Below, piece by piece: positions 40,778 to 51,332 of a stretch of DNA of 64,000 nt. How positions within the stretch are numbered: position 1 is the first letter of the stretch; each line of letters begins with the position of its first letter. The position numbers and the translations under genes were made by a program. The DNA is taken from assembly GCA_963833985.1 (NCBI GenBank), contig CAWIAD010000002.1, positions 3,616,001 through 3,680,000 on the forward strand, given 5' to 3'. This stretch comes from an uncultured Planctomycetaceae bacterium (GTDB lineage: Bacteria; Planctomycetota; Planctomycetia; Isosphaerales; Isosphaeraceae). Under the pieces are notes generated by a model. That model saw nothing but the letters and a program-made list of their open reading frames with translations. It did not search any database and was not told where the DNA came from.

Positions 40778-41524
40778 ATGACCGTTCAGCAAGCAGACAT
40801 CCCCTCCGCTCACCGCTGGGTTCGCAGGCTGGTCCCGGTCTCGATCGTGATTCTGATCGTGGGCAGCCTCTTAGCCGTTCTGGGGCGTGCTGTGAGTCAG
40901 GCACGAAACGCCGCCACGTCGGCAGCCACCTCCTGAAATCTGAAGCAGATCTCGTTGGCGGTCGCCAACTATCACGAGAGGTACGGTTGCTTCCCGCCTG
41001 CCTATGTTGCTGACCGTGATGGCAACCGTATGCATAGCTGGAGAGTTTTGATCCTGCCGTTTCTGGAGCAGCAGGAACTTTACAACGCATACAACTTCGC
41101 TGAACCCTGGAACGGTCCTAGCAACCGGAAGCTGGCAGGCAGGATTGGCAACATCTAACTTCGCTTAGGGCTAGATTCCGACCAGATCCACACCACGAGC
41201 TTCGTCGCAGTTGTTGGACCCCAGTCCATGTGGTTGGGCAGCAAGCCGAGAAACCGTAATGACCTCGGTGATGGGGCGCACGACACGCTAATGGTGGTCG
41301 AGGTCCAAGACGGGCAGTTCCTCTGGATGGAGCCAAGAGACCTAGAACTCGACAGCATGAGTTTCAGGATCAACGATGGATCGGGACGGGGGCTGGGCAG
41401 CAGGCTGGGTGGCGCTCGGGTGGTCTCTGCTGACACGACTGTCCGCACGCTTCCCGACGATTTCGACCCCAACAAGCTCAGGGCGATGCTCACAGCGAAC
41501 GGCGGGGAGAAGATCGAGGAATAG
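40778..41524 (+). pseudogene. DUF1559-family protein with in-frame TGA (40934, possible Sec) and TAA (41156)
   Basis: NLKQISLAVANYH, HSWRVLILPFLEQ and WMEPRD all in one frame. Confidence 0.8.
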
Positions 41525-41561
41525 GCGAATCAGGAGTACTTGATAGAGACGGGAGGCTGCC

Positions 41562-42260
41562 ATGACCAAGCAAGGTAACATGCCGGTTCTCCGAGCCGTG
41601 GGCAGAGGAATTCTGGGAGCTTTCGCAGGCATGTGCATCGGATTCTTCCCAGGAACGCTCGTCTTGGTATTCATTCTCCACGTCGTCTTACACTCATACT
41701 TCGGTTCTCCGGCTCAAGCTGAACGAACCCTATACTTCGGCATCTCAGCCATTGTGGGAGCCATCTTGGGGGCTATATCGGGCGTCACGATTGGGGAACG
41801 ACAGGTTGCCAGTGGGGCGGGGCAGATTCCCAGTGGGGCGAACAGAAGGTTCTTCCATCCTCTGGGTATGTTCGTCGGTCTGGTCTGCGGTGCAATCTTC
41901 GGAGCAGCATTTGCATCCTTATTCGTTTACAGTTCTCACCCAACGGATGCACATGATGCTCTTGTTGTAACTTGTATTGCCGCCGTTATTGGCAGCATAG
42001 GAGGAGGCTTCATTGGATCGACCGGCTGGATGATGATCGGTGGGGCTCTAGTCGGGTGGATCATCGTTGGTATTGGATTCGTATTGGCATACCACCATAT
42101 CAAAGGAATGATTTACGGGGCACTGTTCGGGGCTCCTCTCGGTGCTTTTTTCGGTTTCTTTCACGGGCTTCGTCAGGAGGAATCAGCGAAACGCTTGAAA
42201 CCAAAGACACCCGAGTCCTCCTCAGCCGCCAGCGTTTGGGACCGGGAGATTGATTCTTGA
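41562..42260 (+). CDS. Gly-rich multi-pass membrane protein with VWDREID tail
   Basis: Many GxxxG helices; GGGAGG RBS. Confidence 0.75.
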   Translation: MTKQGNMPVLRAVGRGILGAFAGMCIGFFPGTLVLVFILHVVLHSYFGSPAQAERTLYFGISAIVGAILGAISGVTIGERQVASGAGQIPSGANRRFFHPLGMFVGLVCGAIFGAAFASLFVYSSHPTDAHDALVVTCIAAVIGSIGGGFIGSTGWMMIGGALVGWIIVGIGFVLAYHHIKGMIYGALFGAPLGAFFGFFHGLRQEESAKRLKPKTPESSSAASVWDREIDS

Positions 42261-42267
42261 TCTATCA

Positions 42268-42762
42268 TCAAGTTCCTTTGCTGGAGCCTTTCTCCGCGAC
42301 CGCTTGCATCTTGCCGAGCAGGTGCATCTCGCCGCAGTGGCATGCCTCGTCGTGCAACCCGTGCAGAATCGCCGAACGGACGCTGCGTTTGGAATTGCTC
42401 GCCGATGGACTGTCCAGTTGCTCTTCGGTCAATTCGCCGATGAGTTTTCTCAACCTCTTGTGCTGGGTTTCGAGGTGATGGATTACCTCAGAAAGCTGGG
42501 GAAAGTGATCGGCTGGCACAAGAGCGGGGTGGCTCTCTTAACTGAACATATCGTACCACCCATCTGGAATCTGCGGTGTCCGTTTCAGGGATTTCATGGT
42601 CACCCATTCGTCCAGGACGTATGCATGACCAGCATGCCACAGAATGGTGTGCTGAAGCCCAGGTGGAACCCAGCATGCGTGATCGACGGGTACGGACTTG
42701 AGGATGCGGAGCGTCTTGGCTCGAACCTCATCAAGCAGGAGAAGCAGGCATTTATCGGGCAT
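42268..42762 (-). pseudogene. DinB family gene with an in-frame TAA at 42538-42540
   Basis: WHAGH...HDEACHCGE in the same frame on both sides of the stop. Confidence 0.8.
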
Positions 42763-42786
42763 ATCTGTATCTCCTACAGGCGATCC

Positions 42787-43836
42787 TTACACGCTGCGAC
42801 GGAATGCCATGAGGGCTTCACCGTATTCCTGGATGAAAGTCGGCTCTCCATACATCTGACGATACTCCGCATCGACGTACACGGCGAAGCTGGTGACGTG
42901 ACGAATGCCCCGAGAGCCATAGGTTGCCAGATCAGACTCCAGCACGTCTCGTCGCCAGGGCAACTTCACGGCGGGTCGCTTCCAGCCCGAGAACCGGGAC
43001 ACATCCAGCCAGTATTCCAAGACCTGAGCCGTTTCAGTGGGAAACACCTTGAGGTTGGCATCCAGGGATGACAGAGCATCCGGCTGATCAGGAGAGGTCT
43101 GCTGCTTGTAGGGGATGTCATACCGCCGCTTGATCGGGGCGTATTCCAGGAAGATTCCCGGCTCGGGCTTGACCGCCCTTGGCGGCGACAGAGTGTTCGC
43201 GTAGGCGAGATGTGCCAGGCTCGCCTTGGGGTCGATCGCCCGCAAGGCTCGCACAACTCGGTTCTCGATCAGGAGCGCTTGCTCAGAGGGGATTAGCCCT
43301 CTGCATTCTGGGCAGGAGCACCAGGGCTGCCCGTCATCACCCCAGTAGAAGTAGCGTCCCGTAGTCGGTCGTAGCACCTTGGCGATGACGACGGCGTTCT
43401 CGGCGATCACGTTCAGCGCCCGATCGGAGTTGGGGCAGCAGTTGGCATCAGGGTTCCGATTGCCCTTGTCGTCCAAGCGGAAGAACTCAGGATTCTTCTT
43501 GAAGAGGCGGCGGGGCAGCAACTCCTTCATGGCATGAAGCTCATACTCGACCTCCAGCCCGAGCTTCCCACACGAATCGAGGAATCGCTGCCCGGCGTCG
43601 GTCCTGATCCAGTCGATGACCGCCTGGGGCGAGTTCTGATGATGGATGCCAATGGTCGTCAACCCAGCACGCTTGGCACGCTCGGTCCAGTCTGTGAGCG
43701 TCAAGTCCTCGGGCACGAGCACGACGCCACGGGTCAGGAGACCGGACTGCTGAGCCCTTGCGTGGAATCCGTCCGTGCAGATAATCGCTGACACGCTCGC
43801 AGACAGGAAGCGACGACGGTCGAGCATTGCGTTCAC
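42787..43836 (-). CDS. Tat-exported DUF4838-like protein
   Basis: RRRFL signal, WGDDG..WCSCPEC, HLAY, EYWLD. Confidence 0.75.
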   Translation of the reverse strand: MNAMLDRRRFLSASVSAIICTDGFHARAQQSGLLTRGVVLVPEDLTLTDWTERAKRAGLTTIGIHHQNSPQAVIDWIRTDAGQRFLDSCGKLGLEVEYELHAMKELLPRRLFKKNPEFFRLDDKGNRNPDANCCPNSDRALNVIAENAVVIAKVLRPTTGRYFYWGDDGQPWCSCPECRGLIPSEQALLIENRVVRALRAIDPKASLAHLAYANTLSPPRAVKPEPGIFLEYAPIKRRYDIPYKQQTSPDQPDALSSLDANLKVFPTETAQVLEYWLDVSRFSGWKRPAVKLPWRRDVLESDLATYGSRGIRHVTSFAVYVDAEYRQMYGEPTFIQEYGEALMAFRRSV

Positions 43837-43896
43837 CTGCCTTCCCCAAAGAGTCCCCCAGCCACTCCACGAACCAGAAGACGGACTGACTAACGT

Positions 43897-44295
43897 TTAC
43901 CGCCAGTTCATCCAGGTGATCGAGAGTTGCAGAACAGTCGCAATCGAGACCCAGATCAGATACGGCACCTGCGCCACGCCAACCCAGCGATAGTGCTTCC
44001 ACACAGCGATGATCATCCAGAGGATCGTGCCCCAGACGATCAGGATGTCCAGGGCAGCCAGAGGCAAGTTCCTCAACCCGAACTGGATCGGGGTGAAGAT
44101 CAGGTTCGCCACAAGGTTGATGGCGAACGGCAACGCCACCTTCCAGCGGATCTTCCTCCGAGCCGCCTGCACGAACACGAAGATAAAGCTGACCAGGATG
44201 ATCGGGTAGAGGATCTGCCAAATCAGCCCGATGGTCGAAGGTGAGGGAGTCCAGGTCGGTTTCGCCAGCCCGTTGTACCACGTCATCCAGTCCAT
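43897..44295 (-). CDS. tspO: TspO/MBR family tryptophan-rich sensory protein
   Basis: WYNGLAKPTWTP and PYLIWVSIAT. Confidence 0.9.
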   Translation of the reverse strand: MDWMTWYNGLAKPTWTPSPSTIGLIWQILYPIILVSFIFVFVQAARRKIRWKVALPFAINLVANLIFTPIQFGLRNLPLAALDILIVWGTILWMIIAVWKHYRWVGVAQVPYLIWVSIATVLQLSITWMNWR

Positions 44296-44338
44296 GCCGT
44301 CTCCTCTTCCCGATCATCCTTCAGCGTGGTTGTCTTCT

Positions 44339-45142
44339 TCATGGTTGCTGATTCGCCGCGATCCGCTTCGCGCCCACTGCCAGTTCGTCGATCCAAAGCG
44401 TCTGGTCGTGCGGCACACCGTCATGGAAGTACGGCAACATCATGAACCGGTTGAACTTCATCTTGGGGAAGTCGGTTGAGCGGAACACCACGTCCCTTTG
44501 CTCGATGACGAGCTTCCCATCGACCCACCCCCGCAGTTCCCCGTCGCGGTTTGGCACGTCCCTCGCCATGTCCAGGCTGTTGAGCTTGAACATCGCCTCG
44601 ATGCAGTGCCACTTCCCGTCGTTGAACAGTACCTCCTTGCTGTCGAAGAGTTGCCCATTGTACCCACCCCGCAACGGTCCCTGCGTCAACCCGTGGGGCA
44701 TGTCCCGGTTCTGGATATCCTGAGCCGCCAGCCGCAGCTTGCCGTTGACCGGCTCGATGTAGAGCGTCAAGTGGCTGGCGGCAGGACCGTGATACTTGTC
44801 ATTCTCTGTGGTCATGAAGTGGAGCAAGTGCGGACCATAGGGTTTGTTCGTCCATGACCAATTCGGCGAGAGCATCAGGTAGAACCTGAGATAGACGATC
44901 TCAGTTGGCTCGATGGAATGACGCACGCCCAATGAGTCCGAGGGCGTCAGCTTCCCGTTGGCAAAGTGGTACTGAATGGCGTGCTTCCCGGCGACCGCAT
45001 CATCGCTCAAGACGAAGCGGTCGCCATCGTACCAACCACGGCTCGTCAGTCGAGAGTCCTCGAATCCCTCGGCGATGAACAGGGTCGGTGAGGTTTGACC
45101 CATCAGCACTAGGGGGACAAGAAGGGTCGTGAGCAGAAGCAT
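44339..45142 (-). CDS. Secreted concanavalin/polysaccharide-lyase-like protein
   Basis: Signal peptide; WHCIEAMFKLN, WVDGKL, WIDEL. Confidence 0.7.
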   Translation of the reverse strand: MLLLTTLLVPLVLMGQTSPTLFIAEGFEDSRLTSRGWYDGDRFVLSDDAVAGKHAIQYHFANGKLTPSDSLGVRHSIEPTEIVYLRFYLMLSPNWSWTNKPYGPHLLHFMTTENDKYHGPAASHLTLYIEPVNGKLRLAAQDIQNRDMPHGLTQGPLRGGYNGQLFDSKEVLFNDGKWHCIEAMFKLNSLDMARDVPNRDGELRGWVDGKLVIEQRDVVFRSTDFPKMKFNRFMMLPYFHDGVPHDQTLWIDELAVGAKRIAANQQP

Positions 45143-45282
45143 TACACCGCCTCCTCGCATGGTCTGAACTTGATGGGGCATGTTTTCACTCTGCCGAAGC
45201 CACCCAATTCCCATTATCATCAAACCAGAGGCACAAAGCAGGCTCGCTGGATGCTCCAGAATCCGATGGGGAGAGAACGACC

Positions 45283-45999
45283 ATGATGCGGACAATCTCG
45301 AAGGCACTGATTATCACCCTCTTGCTGGGAGGAACGACCGTACTGCGGGCTTCCCAGCACGATGAGCTTCGGGACAAAGCGAGGGCGTTCCAGAAGGCAG
45401 CGGCAGCCCTGGCAGAGATAGGCAGGACGCAGGCAGCCGAGCAACTGGAGCGGGAGTCACAGGCGATCATCCGAGAAGCGGAACGCCAGGAGGGGCAAGT
45501 AAAGCGGGAAACCCCTCGACCTGACATCGAGCAGGAGTTAGGGCACTTAAAGGAGCGGCTGCAAGACCTGCGGCTCAAGCAGAAGAAGCAAGTCGAGGCG
45601 AAAGCATCTGAGCAGGATCAAGCGGTAGTCCGGGAGCACATCTCCGCAACGGAGCGGGAACTGACAGCCTTGAAGCAGCGACTTGCTGGTCGTCAACCTC
45701 GACCTGAGTTCGAGGCTCAGGCACGCAATATCGAGGAGGCTGCCCGGCGCATCCACCACATTCGGGTTGCTGCTGAGAATCTCAAGGCGGCGGGCATTCA
45801 CGAGGTTGCGATGAAGCTCACGGAGCAAGCCGACAAGATGGAGCGTGAGGTCGGAGAAGTCAAGGAGCGGCTTGCCAGGGAGATGGAACGTTCAGGCAGT
45901 GCCGACCCTCGTGATGCTGAGATCAGGGAACTGAGGAACCAGAATGAGCGGCTCCAGACGGAGATCCGTGAGTTGCGGCAGAAGCTCGAACGGCAATGA
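45283..45999 (+). CDS. Secreted coiled-coil protein
   Basis: Signal peptide followed by E/R/Q heptads. Confidence 0.75.
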   Translation: MMRTISKALIITLLLGGTTVLRASQHDELRDKARAFQKAAAALAEIGRTQAAEQLERESQAIIREAERQEGQVKRETPRPDIEQELGHLKERLQDLRLKQKKQVEAKASEQDQAVVREHISATERELTALKQRLAGRQPRPEFEAQARNIEEAARRIHHIRVAAENLKAAGIHEVAMKLTEQADKMEREVGEVKERLAREMERSGSADPRDAEIRELRNQNERLQTEIRELRQKLERQ

Positions 46000-46028
46000 C
46001 GCCGCTCCACAAGACGGAGGAACCCGAC

Positions 46029-46514
46029 ATGCAACTCGTCACGGTGAGAATTGAAAAGCCCGAGGAGATCAATTTTGTCCTCGGGCAGTCCCACTTCATC
46101 AAGTCCGTTGAGGACATCCACGAAGCTCTGGTAGGTGCGGTGCCCGGCATCAAGTTCGGGCTGGCGTTCTGCGAAGCCTCTGGCAAGTGCCTGGTACGCT
46201 GGTCAGGCACGGATGACTCGATGGTCGAACTGGTGCGCAAGAATGCTGCGGCGATAGCCGCAGGTCACAGTTTCATCCTGTTCCTCAGCGAAGGATTCTA
46301 CCCGCTCAACGTGCTGAACATCCTGAAGATGGTCCCTGAAGTGTGCCGCATCTTCTGTGCGACCGCCAACCCTACGGAGGTCATCCTCGCAGAGACCGAA
46401 CAGGGTCGTGGCATCCTAGGCGTAGTGGACGGCTTCTCTCCCAAGGGTGTCGAAGGGGAGGACGATATCGCCTGGCGGAAGGGGTTCCTTCGGCAGATCG
46501 GATACAAGCTGTAA
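46029..46514 (+). CDS. Adenosine-specific kinase family (DUF355)
   Basis: GQSHFIKSVED, FCEASG, CATANP, GVVDG. Confidence 0.88.
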   Translation: MQLVTVRIEKPEEINFVLGQSHFIKSVEDIHEALVGAVPGIKFGLAFCEASGKCLVRWSGTDDSMVELVRKNAAAIAAGHSFILFLSEGFYPLNVLNILKMVPEVCRIFCATANPTEVILAETEQGRGILGVVDGFSPKGVEGEDDIAWRKGFLRQIGYKL

Positions 46515-46567
46515 GCGGACGCAGAAGGGGGCTGCTCGAAGAGAGCGAAGAGTGGCGAGCGACAACA

Positions 46568-47089
46568 ATGTGGAAGCACCTTCGAGCGATCATTCTACTC
46601 CCCGGCGTCGTGACGTTGGTGATCCCTGGGACGATCCTGTGGCGCGAGGGGATGGACACCTATGGCTTGTGGCAGTCGATCCCGGCGTCGAGGGTCATCC
46701 TGCCCTTGATCGGAGTCATGTGCATCAGTCTTGGGCTCCTGCTGATGACCGCCACGATCCGGCTGTTCGAGACGGTCGGCGAGGGCACACTTGCCCCGTG
46801 GGAGCCCCCGAAGAGGCTCGTGGTCCAGGGCGTCTACCGGCACGTCCGCAATCCGATGATCTCCGGGGTGCTCTGCGTTCTTCTTGGAGAGTCGGTGCTC
46901 ACGGCTTCACTACCACTTGTCCACTGGTTCCTCATCTTCGCGATCATCAACTTGATCTACATCCCACTCTTGGAAGAGCCTATGCTCGTCAATCGCTTTG
47001 GCGAAGAGTACGTGACCTACAAGCGGAACGTGCCGAGATGGGTTCCGAGGTGGAAGCCGTGGGAAGGTAGGTTCAGCGACCAGTCGTGA
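46568..47089 (+). CDS. ICMT/PEMT family membrane methyltransferase
   Basis: GTLAPW, YRHVRNPM, EEP..RFGEEY. Confidence 0.88.
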   Translation: MWKHLRAIILLPGVVTLVIPGTILWREGMDTYGLWQSIPASRVILPLIGVMCISLGLLLMTATIRLFETVGEGTLAPWEPPKRLVVQGVYRHVRNPMISGVLCVLLGESVLTASLPLVHWFLIFAIINLIYIPLLEEPMLVNRFGEEYVTYKRNVPRWVPRWKPWEGRFSDQS

Positions 47090-47251
47090 GAAGTGGGCAG
47101 GACTTCGGGCGTCAGGTCAGTCCGAACCAGCCCCGCCAGGTACTTGTTGCCTATAATCGGTGACCCTTGAGAAACCCAGATTTGACCGGAGGGGCGTGCC
47201 GTGAAGCCAAGAATCGGATCAAGCGGACACTGATTTTTTCCGGGAAGAATT

Positions 47252-48010
47252 GTGAGTATCCTGGAGCAAATCATGCGACCAAACTTAGCGGACCTTGGCA
47301 TTCCGTTTTCGTTGTTTGAAGCCCCGGCAGAAGAGGCATTCGAGTATCTCGGCTTGGAGACATGCTCGCTCTGCCGCAGTCCCAGCATTCATTGTTTCCG
47401 CCTGGAGATCGGGGCAGATCTGATAATTGACTGCCCGTCGTGCGGTACTTGCAACGCACTGGACGCTTCAGATCGGCAGTCCACGGAGTGCCGGTCCTGT
47501 GGTGTACCCGTCCCGTTCCCTCTCAATGATGGCGATGAGATCCGCTGCTGTTACGACTGTCTCAGATCCGGGAAAGCGGCTTATACTCAGGACACGGTTC
47601 TGGGAATGATCACCTGGGAGCATGCCCAGAGTGGAGTTACACACGGCGTCCCCGGAGTCTTGAAGAGGGACGACTTCGAGGTCGTTCCATCGGAGGCTGG
47701 CGAAGGGTGGACTTGCGTCCGAGTACCGACCGAGTTACTCCTGGAGCTTACACGCACCCCGACCTATTCGACCATCCAGGGGGAGCGGTGGCAGTTTTGT
47801 TGCCGCCGACCCATGATATACCTCGGCTCATGGTCCCGTGACGAGTTCACACGCCGGGCTCCTGACGGGGACGGCAAAGAGTTCTTCACGAAGATCGTCC
47901 AGAATCCGGTCGAGGGGCTCTGGGAAGACCGCCTTCATGATATTACAGGGGTTTACGTGTTTCGGTGCGGGGACTGCGGCACGCTCACTGCCCACTGGGA
48001 CATTGCATAG
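47252..48010 (+). CDS. CbrC-like Cys-rich protein
   Basis: Multiple CxxC, RTPTYSTIQGERW, YVFRC..C. Confidence 0.7.
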   Translation: MSILEQIMRPNLADLGIPFSLFEAPAEEAFEYLGLETCSLCRSPSIHCFRLEIGADLIIDCPSCGTCNALDASDRQSTECRSCGVPVPFPLNDGDEIRCCYDCLRSGKAAYTQDTVLGMITWEHAQSGVTHGVPGVLKRDDFEVVPSEAGEGWTCVRVPTELLLELTRTPTYSTIQGERWQFCCRRPMIYLGSWSRDEFTRRAPDGDGKEFFTKIVQNPVEGLWEDRLHDITGVYVFRCGDCGTLTAHWDIA

Positions 48011-48019
48011 CCCGATATC

Positions 48020-48190
48020 GCTCGCACAAGACAAGACGAAGCGTGGTCCCTCGTCGTCTTGCTCGATCCCTATCATGTGCCAGCCAATCTGCGCAATGTC
48101 AGCGAGAACTTGACGGTCTTCATCGTCCCTGGCAACCGGTGTCGGGGTTTGTGGGAGTCGTTGCATTTCCAGGCTCTCCGGTCTCTGGGT
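48020..48190 (-). pseudogene. Truncated DUF4262-like fragment
   Basis: DRQVLADIAQIGWHMIGIEQDDEGPRF, then loss of similarity. Confidence 0.45.
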
Positions 48191-48194
48191 CAAG

Positions 48195-48854
48195 TCAACG
48201 ACCCCGGAGGACTGCATCCAATACCCAGCACCCTCGAACGTGGTCAGCAAGAGTGCGGCAGTGCGACAGAACACCACCATCATCACAGCCCGCCGCTTCC
48301 AAGGCTTGCGCCAGTTCGGGCATCCGCTCGAAGGACCGATGCTCGTCAATGGAGCCTGCGAGCGAGATGACCTCGTGCGTACACCAATCTGGAATCGTTG
48401 AGTTCCTTGGAGACGGAGGTCTAATCACACACCGGATCAAGTTGCAGGTCGGTGGTCGCTCTTTGACTCCCATCAGACCCATGCCTGCGAGCCGATTGAT
48501 CTCTGGGATCACCGACCCGCATGCATTCTCACCGGAGGCAACCTCGGCTAGCCATAGGGCATTCCAGTTGGGTGATGCAACGCCGACTAAGACCGGCATA
48601 CCATGCCGAACCCCATGCACTGCTTGCCTTGCCCTTTTCAGTGATGCCTTTGTTCCACTCCCATCGGCATACTGTTCCGCTGCCCCGATCGCCTCTTCGA
48701 TCGCATTAGCAGCCTCCTGATCACCCAGCATCGTCGAGAGATGGCGGCAGCAAGCAATGGCGATAAGTCGTAACTCTCGCTCGCTTGCGTAGGAGCGTAC
48801 CGCTTCCAGCATCGCCATGTCGTCATTGGATGTAAGCCATTCGGAGTCGGTCAT
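48195..48854 (-). CDS. Planctomycete-expanded hypothetical family protein
   Basis: RELRLIAIACCR...MPELAQALEAAGC...HVRGCWVLD. Confidence 0.8.
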   Translation of the reverse strand: MTDSEWLTSNDDMAMLEAVRSYASERELRLIAIACCRHLSTMLGDQEAANAIEEAIGAAEQYADGSGTKASLKRARQAVHGVRHGMPVLVGVASPNWNALWLAEVASGENACGSVIPEINRLAGMGLMGVKERPPTCNLIRCVIRPPSPRNSTIPDWCTHEVISLAGSIDEHRSFERMPELAQALEAAGCDDGGVLSHCRTLADHVRGCWVLDAVLRGR

Positions 48855-48943
48855 GATGCTCCATCCCCGGTCTGACTTAAATGTGTTCAGGACAACGCCC
48901 ACGTCCGGTCCTGCAATTGTTCACGGGACCGCACCCTCTGGGA

Positions 48944-49303
48944 CTAGATACGAGGGGGCTCCCAGATGGTCCGCTCATCCCACACGTCGCCCGTATTCAA
49001 TGTCCCGGCAGGCTCGAAGAGCAGCACGTGGACCTCATCCTCGGCAACGGGGCGGTGCTCCACGCCTCGGGGCACAATCAGGAACTCGCCTTCCTCCAGC
49101 CAGACATGGCGGTCGCGGTACTCCATCCTGAATCGCCCTTTGACCACCAGGAACAGTTCATCTTCGTGGTCGTGCTTATGCCAGACGAACTCGCCCTCGA
49201 ACTTGACAAGCTTGACATGCTGCCCATTCAACTCGCCCACAACCCTGGGGCTCCAGTGATCGTGGAACAGGGCGAGCTTCTCCCTGATGTTCACTTTGTC
49301 CAC
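48944..49303 (-). CDS. Cupin domain protein
   Basis: EFVWHKHDHEDELF and VPRGVEHRP. Confidence 0.92.
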   Translation of the reverse strand: MDKVNIREKLALFHDHWSPRVVGELNGQHVKLVKFEGEFVWHKHDHEDELFLVVKGRFRMEYRDRHVWLEEGEFLIVPRGVEHRPVAEDEVHVLLFEPAGTLNTGDVWDERTIWEPPRI

Positions 49304-49381
49304 GATGGTTTACCCTCTCGTTACCCGTTGTCTTTCTCGGGCTGACTCAAGCAGTCCCCAAGGCTCCGAGTTTCCAGCAGG

Positions 49382-50599
49382 CTATTTCTTCGGGTCAGGG
49401 CTCCAATGACCCTGCTTCAGTTTCTCATACTTCTTCGTCAGGAAGTCCAGGTGATCCCCCTTCGTCATTGCCGCCTCGAATACCTTGATCGCCAGCGGGT
49501 TCTTCCCCTTCTTCATTGCCCGGTCTGCGAGTCGGATGATCCGCCTCCACGCCCTTGATCCCATCTCCCTGGCGAGATCCTCGAATTCGTCAAACCGCTC
49601 CTGCTCGGCAACCACCTGACCCAAGAATGTGAGCGCCTCCTCACTCTGGTAATCCAGGTCATCTTCACGCAGTGCGGTGACCTCATGGCGTAGATGCTCA
49701 ACGCATAGGTCTGCCTGACTCTCCGTAAGTCCCCGGAAATAGCCCTCGATCCCATCGTCAGTGAGCCCGTAGTCCTCCCAAATCAGGAAATCCAGGAGGT
49801 CGGTGAAGAAGACCCGCTCGTCGATCTCGGTCTGGTCAAGGGGAATCTTGAGGTAGGCGGTGAAGCCGTCATCGAAACTCGCCCCAATAACGCCGAACGA
49901 GTCATCCGCTTTCTCGATCAGTTCTATGATCACCGTCATCAAGCTCCGCAAGAGCGCTTGTGCCTGAGCCACCTTATTCGCTGCGAGGAGTTTCTTTGCC
50001 TCTTCCACGTAACCGTCGAGGGTTTCAGAAATCCGAAACGACTCATTCTTTGAATAAAACCTCCTGTGGCGGAAGTGAGTGCCGATCTTCTTCGCATAGG
50101 ACTCTGGCGAGACCGGGAAATTCTTCCAGTAACCACGCAGGGCATGAATTGATCGCCGCTTTCGGGGCGTATCCTTCATAGGCTCCGACAAATCTCGCTC
50201 CCGGTAGATGGTCTGGCTCATCCTATCGATCGCTCGTCGCTTCTCCGTTTTGGCGAGATCACCAGCGGCTTTGAAGACCTGATCCGGGGTAATCACCGCT
50301 TCGTTCAGGCGGCGTTTGAGATCACGTATGTGGCATCGCTTGCGCTCGATGGAGTCACGGTGTTTGAAGAAACCTCTCCCTTCCTTGATCTGGTTGGCTA
50401 GGCGATCCAGGTCGCCGTCATGCGTATGTACGGCGACAATGCAAAACCACAAATCCCAGTAGCTCAGGTCGAGTGATGTGCCCTGGGTGGTGGGAATGGT
50501 CAAGGCGTGATCAGTACCGCTGATCGTGGGTCTCTTCTGAGGCTGGGGTTCTGGCTCCCGGATTGACGGACTCGTATTCACTCCCTTCTTCTTTGCCAT
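49382..50599 (-). CDS. Hypothetical helical protein
   Basis: 405-aa ORF with ADDSFGVIG block; GAGGA RBS. Confidence 0.8.
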   Translation of the reverse strand: MAKKKGVNTSPSIREPEPQPQKRPTISGTDHALTIPTTQGTSLDLSYWDLWFCIVAVHTHDGDLDRLANQIKEGRGFFKHRDSIERKRCHIRDLKRRLNEAVITPDQVFKAAGDLAKTEKRRAIDRMSQTIYRERDLSEPMKDTPRKRRSIHALRGYWKNFPVSPESYAKKIGTHFRHRRFYSKNESFRISETLDGYVEEAKKLLAANKVAQAQALLRSLMTVIIELIEKADDSFGVIGASFDDGFTAYLKIPLDQTEIDERVFFTDLLDFLIWEDYGLTDDGIEGYFRGLTESQADLCVEHLRHEVTALREDDLDYQSEEALTFLGQVVAEQERFDEFEDLAREMGSRAWRRIIRLADRAMKKGKNPLAIKVFEAAMTKGDHLDFLTKKYEKLKQGHWSPDPKK

Positions 50600-50715
50600 C
50601 TGAGAATCCTCGATCGGGCTTGGCTATTCCTACTTCCGAAGCTTCGTAAGCCAAGATACTCGATCAGCCAACAGAGGAGGGAGCCAGGCACAGCACCAGT
50701 TGCGTCTGTCCCCCA

Positions 50716-51129
50716 TCAGTCCTGCTTCCGACCCGATCCGCCTTTCACGATCTTCATGTTGTTCCAATCAACCAGTGGCAGCACGATGGAATTACCCGGA
50801 CCTTCACCCGTGCCCAACTGACCCATCGAGACGAAGCAGTTCTGAGACAAGAACCAAGCCATCTCCTCCTGGTTGATCGGACCATCGGCGTAAACGTCGA
50901 TCATCACAGATGCCACAAGCCTATACCTTATCAGTCCCTTGCAGCGCCTCTTGAGAATCCGCCGCATGTCTTGAGTCACAACCAGCGAATCGGCATAGGT
51001 CACGGCTTTTCGCTGGTCGTTGGAGAAGCCTCTCCCCGTCCAGTACCGCTCCCTCTCATCCTGGATGATGTACCGGAGCCATTGCGATTCGATAAAAGGA
51101 ATTGCAGCCAAGGTTGGCTTCTTCATCAT
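50716..51129 (-). CDS. Hypothetical protein, divergent member of the motif-preceded gene set
   Basis: ORF downstream of the minus-strand TGACACCGACGA copies. Confidence 0.6.
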   Translation of the reverse strand: MMKKPTLAAIPFIESQWLRYIIQDERERYWTGRGFSNDQRKAVTYADSLVVTQDMRRILKRRCKGLIRYRLVASVMIDVYADGPINQEEMAWFLSQNCFVSMGQLGTGEGPGNSIVLPLVDWNNMKIVKGGSGRKQD

Positions 51130-51157
51130 GGTGATCCCGTAATACCTCCGACGATCC

Positions 51158-51332
51158 AAGGAGCCTTCACCGGGCTCTCTCCATATACTTCGTCGGTGTC
51201 AGGCGGTGTGCGTGTCGGCTGATCCCCAGGCTGGGTGGCGCTGTCCCTGCCGATTTAAGGAGCCTTCACCGGGCTCTCTCCATATACTTCGTCGGTGTCA
51301 GGCGGTGTGCGTGTCGGCTGATCCCCAGGCTG
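51158..51332. repeat. 76-bp direct repeat (51158-51233 and 51257-51332), each containing a minus-strand TGACACCGACGA
   Basis: Identical AAGGAGCC...CCCCAGGCTG, offset 99 bp. Confidence 0.95.

Noticed and set aside
42538..42540. In-frame stop in the DinB gene as possible recoding
   Set aside because: It is TAA at a probable Trp position with no hairpin; ordinary nonsense mutation.
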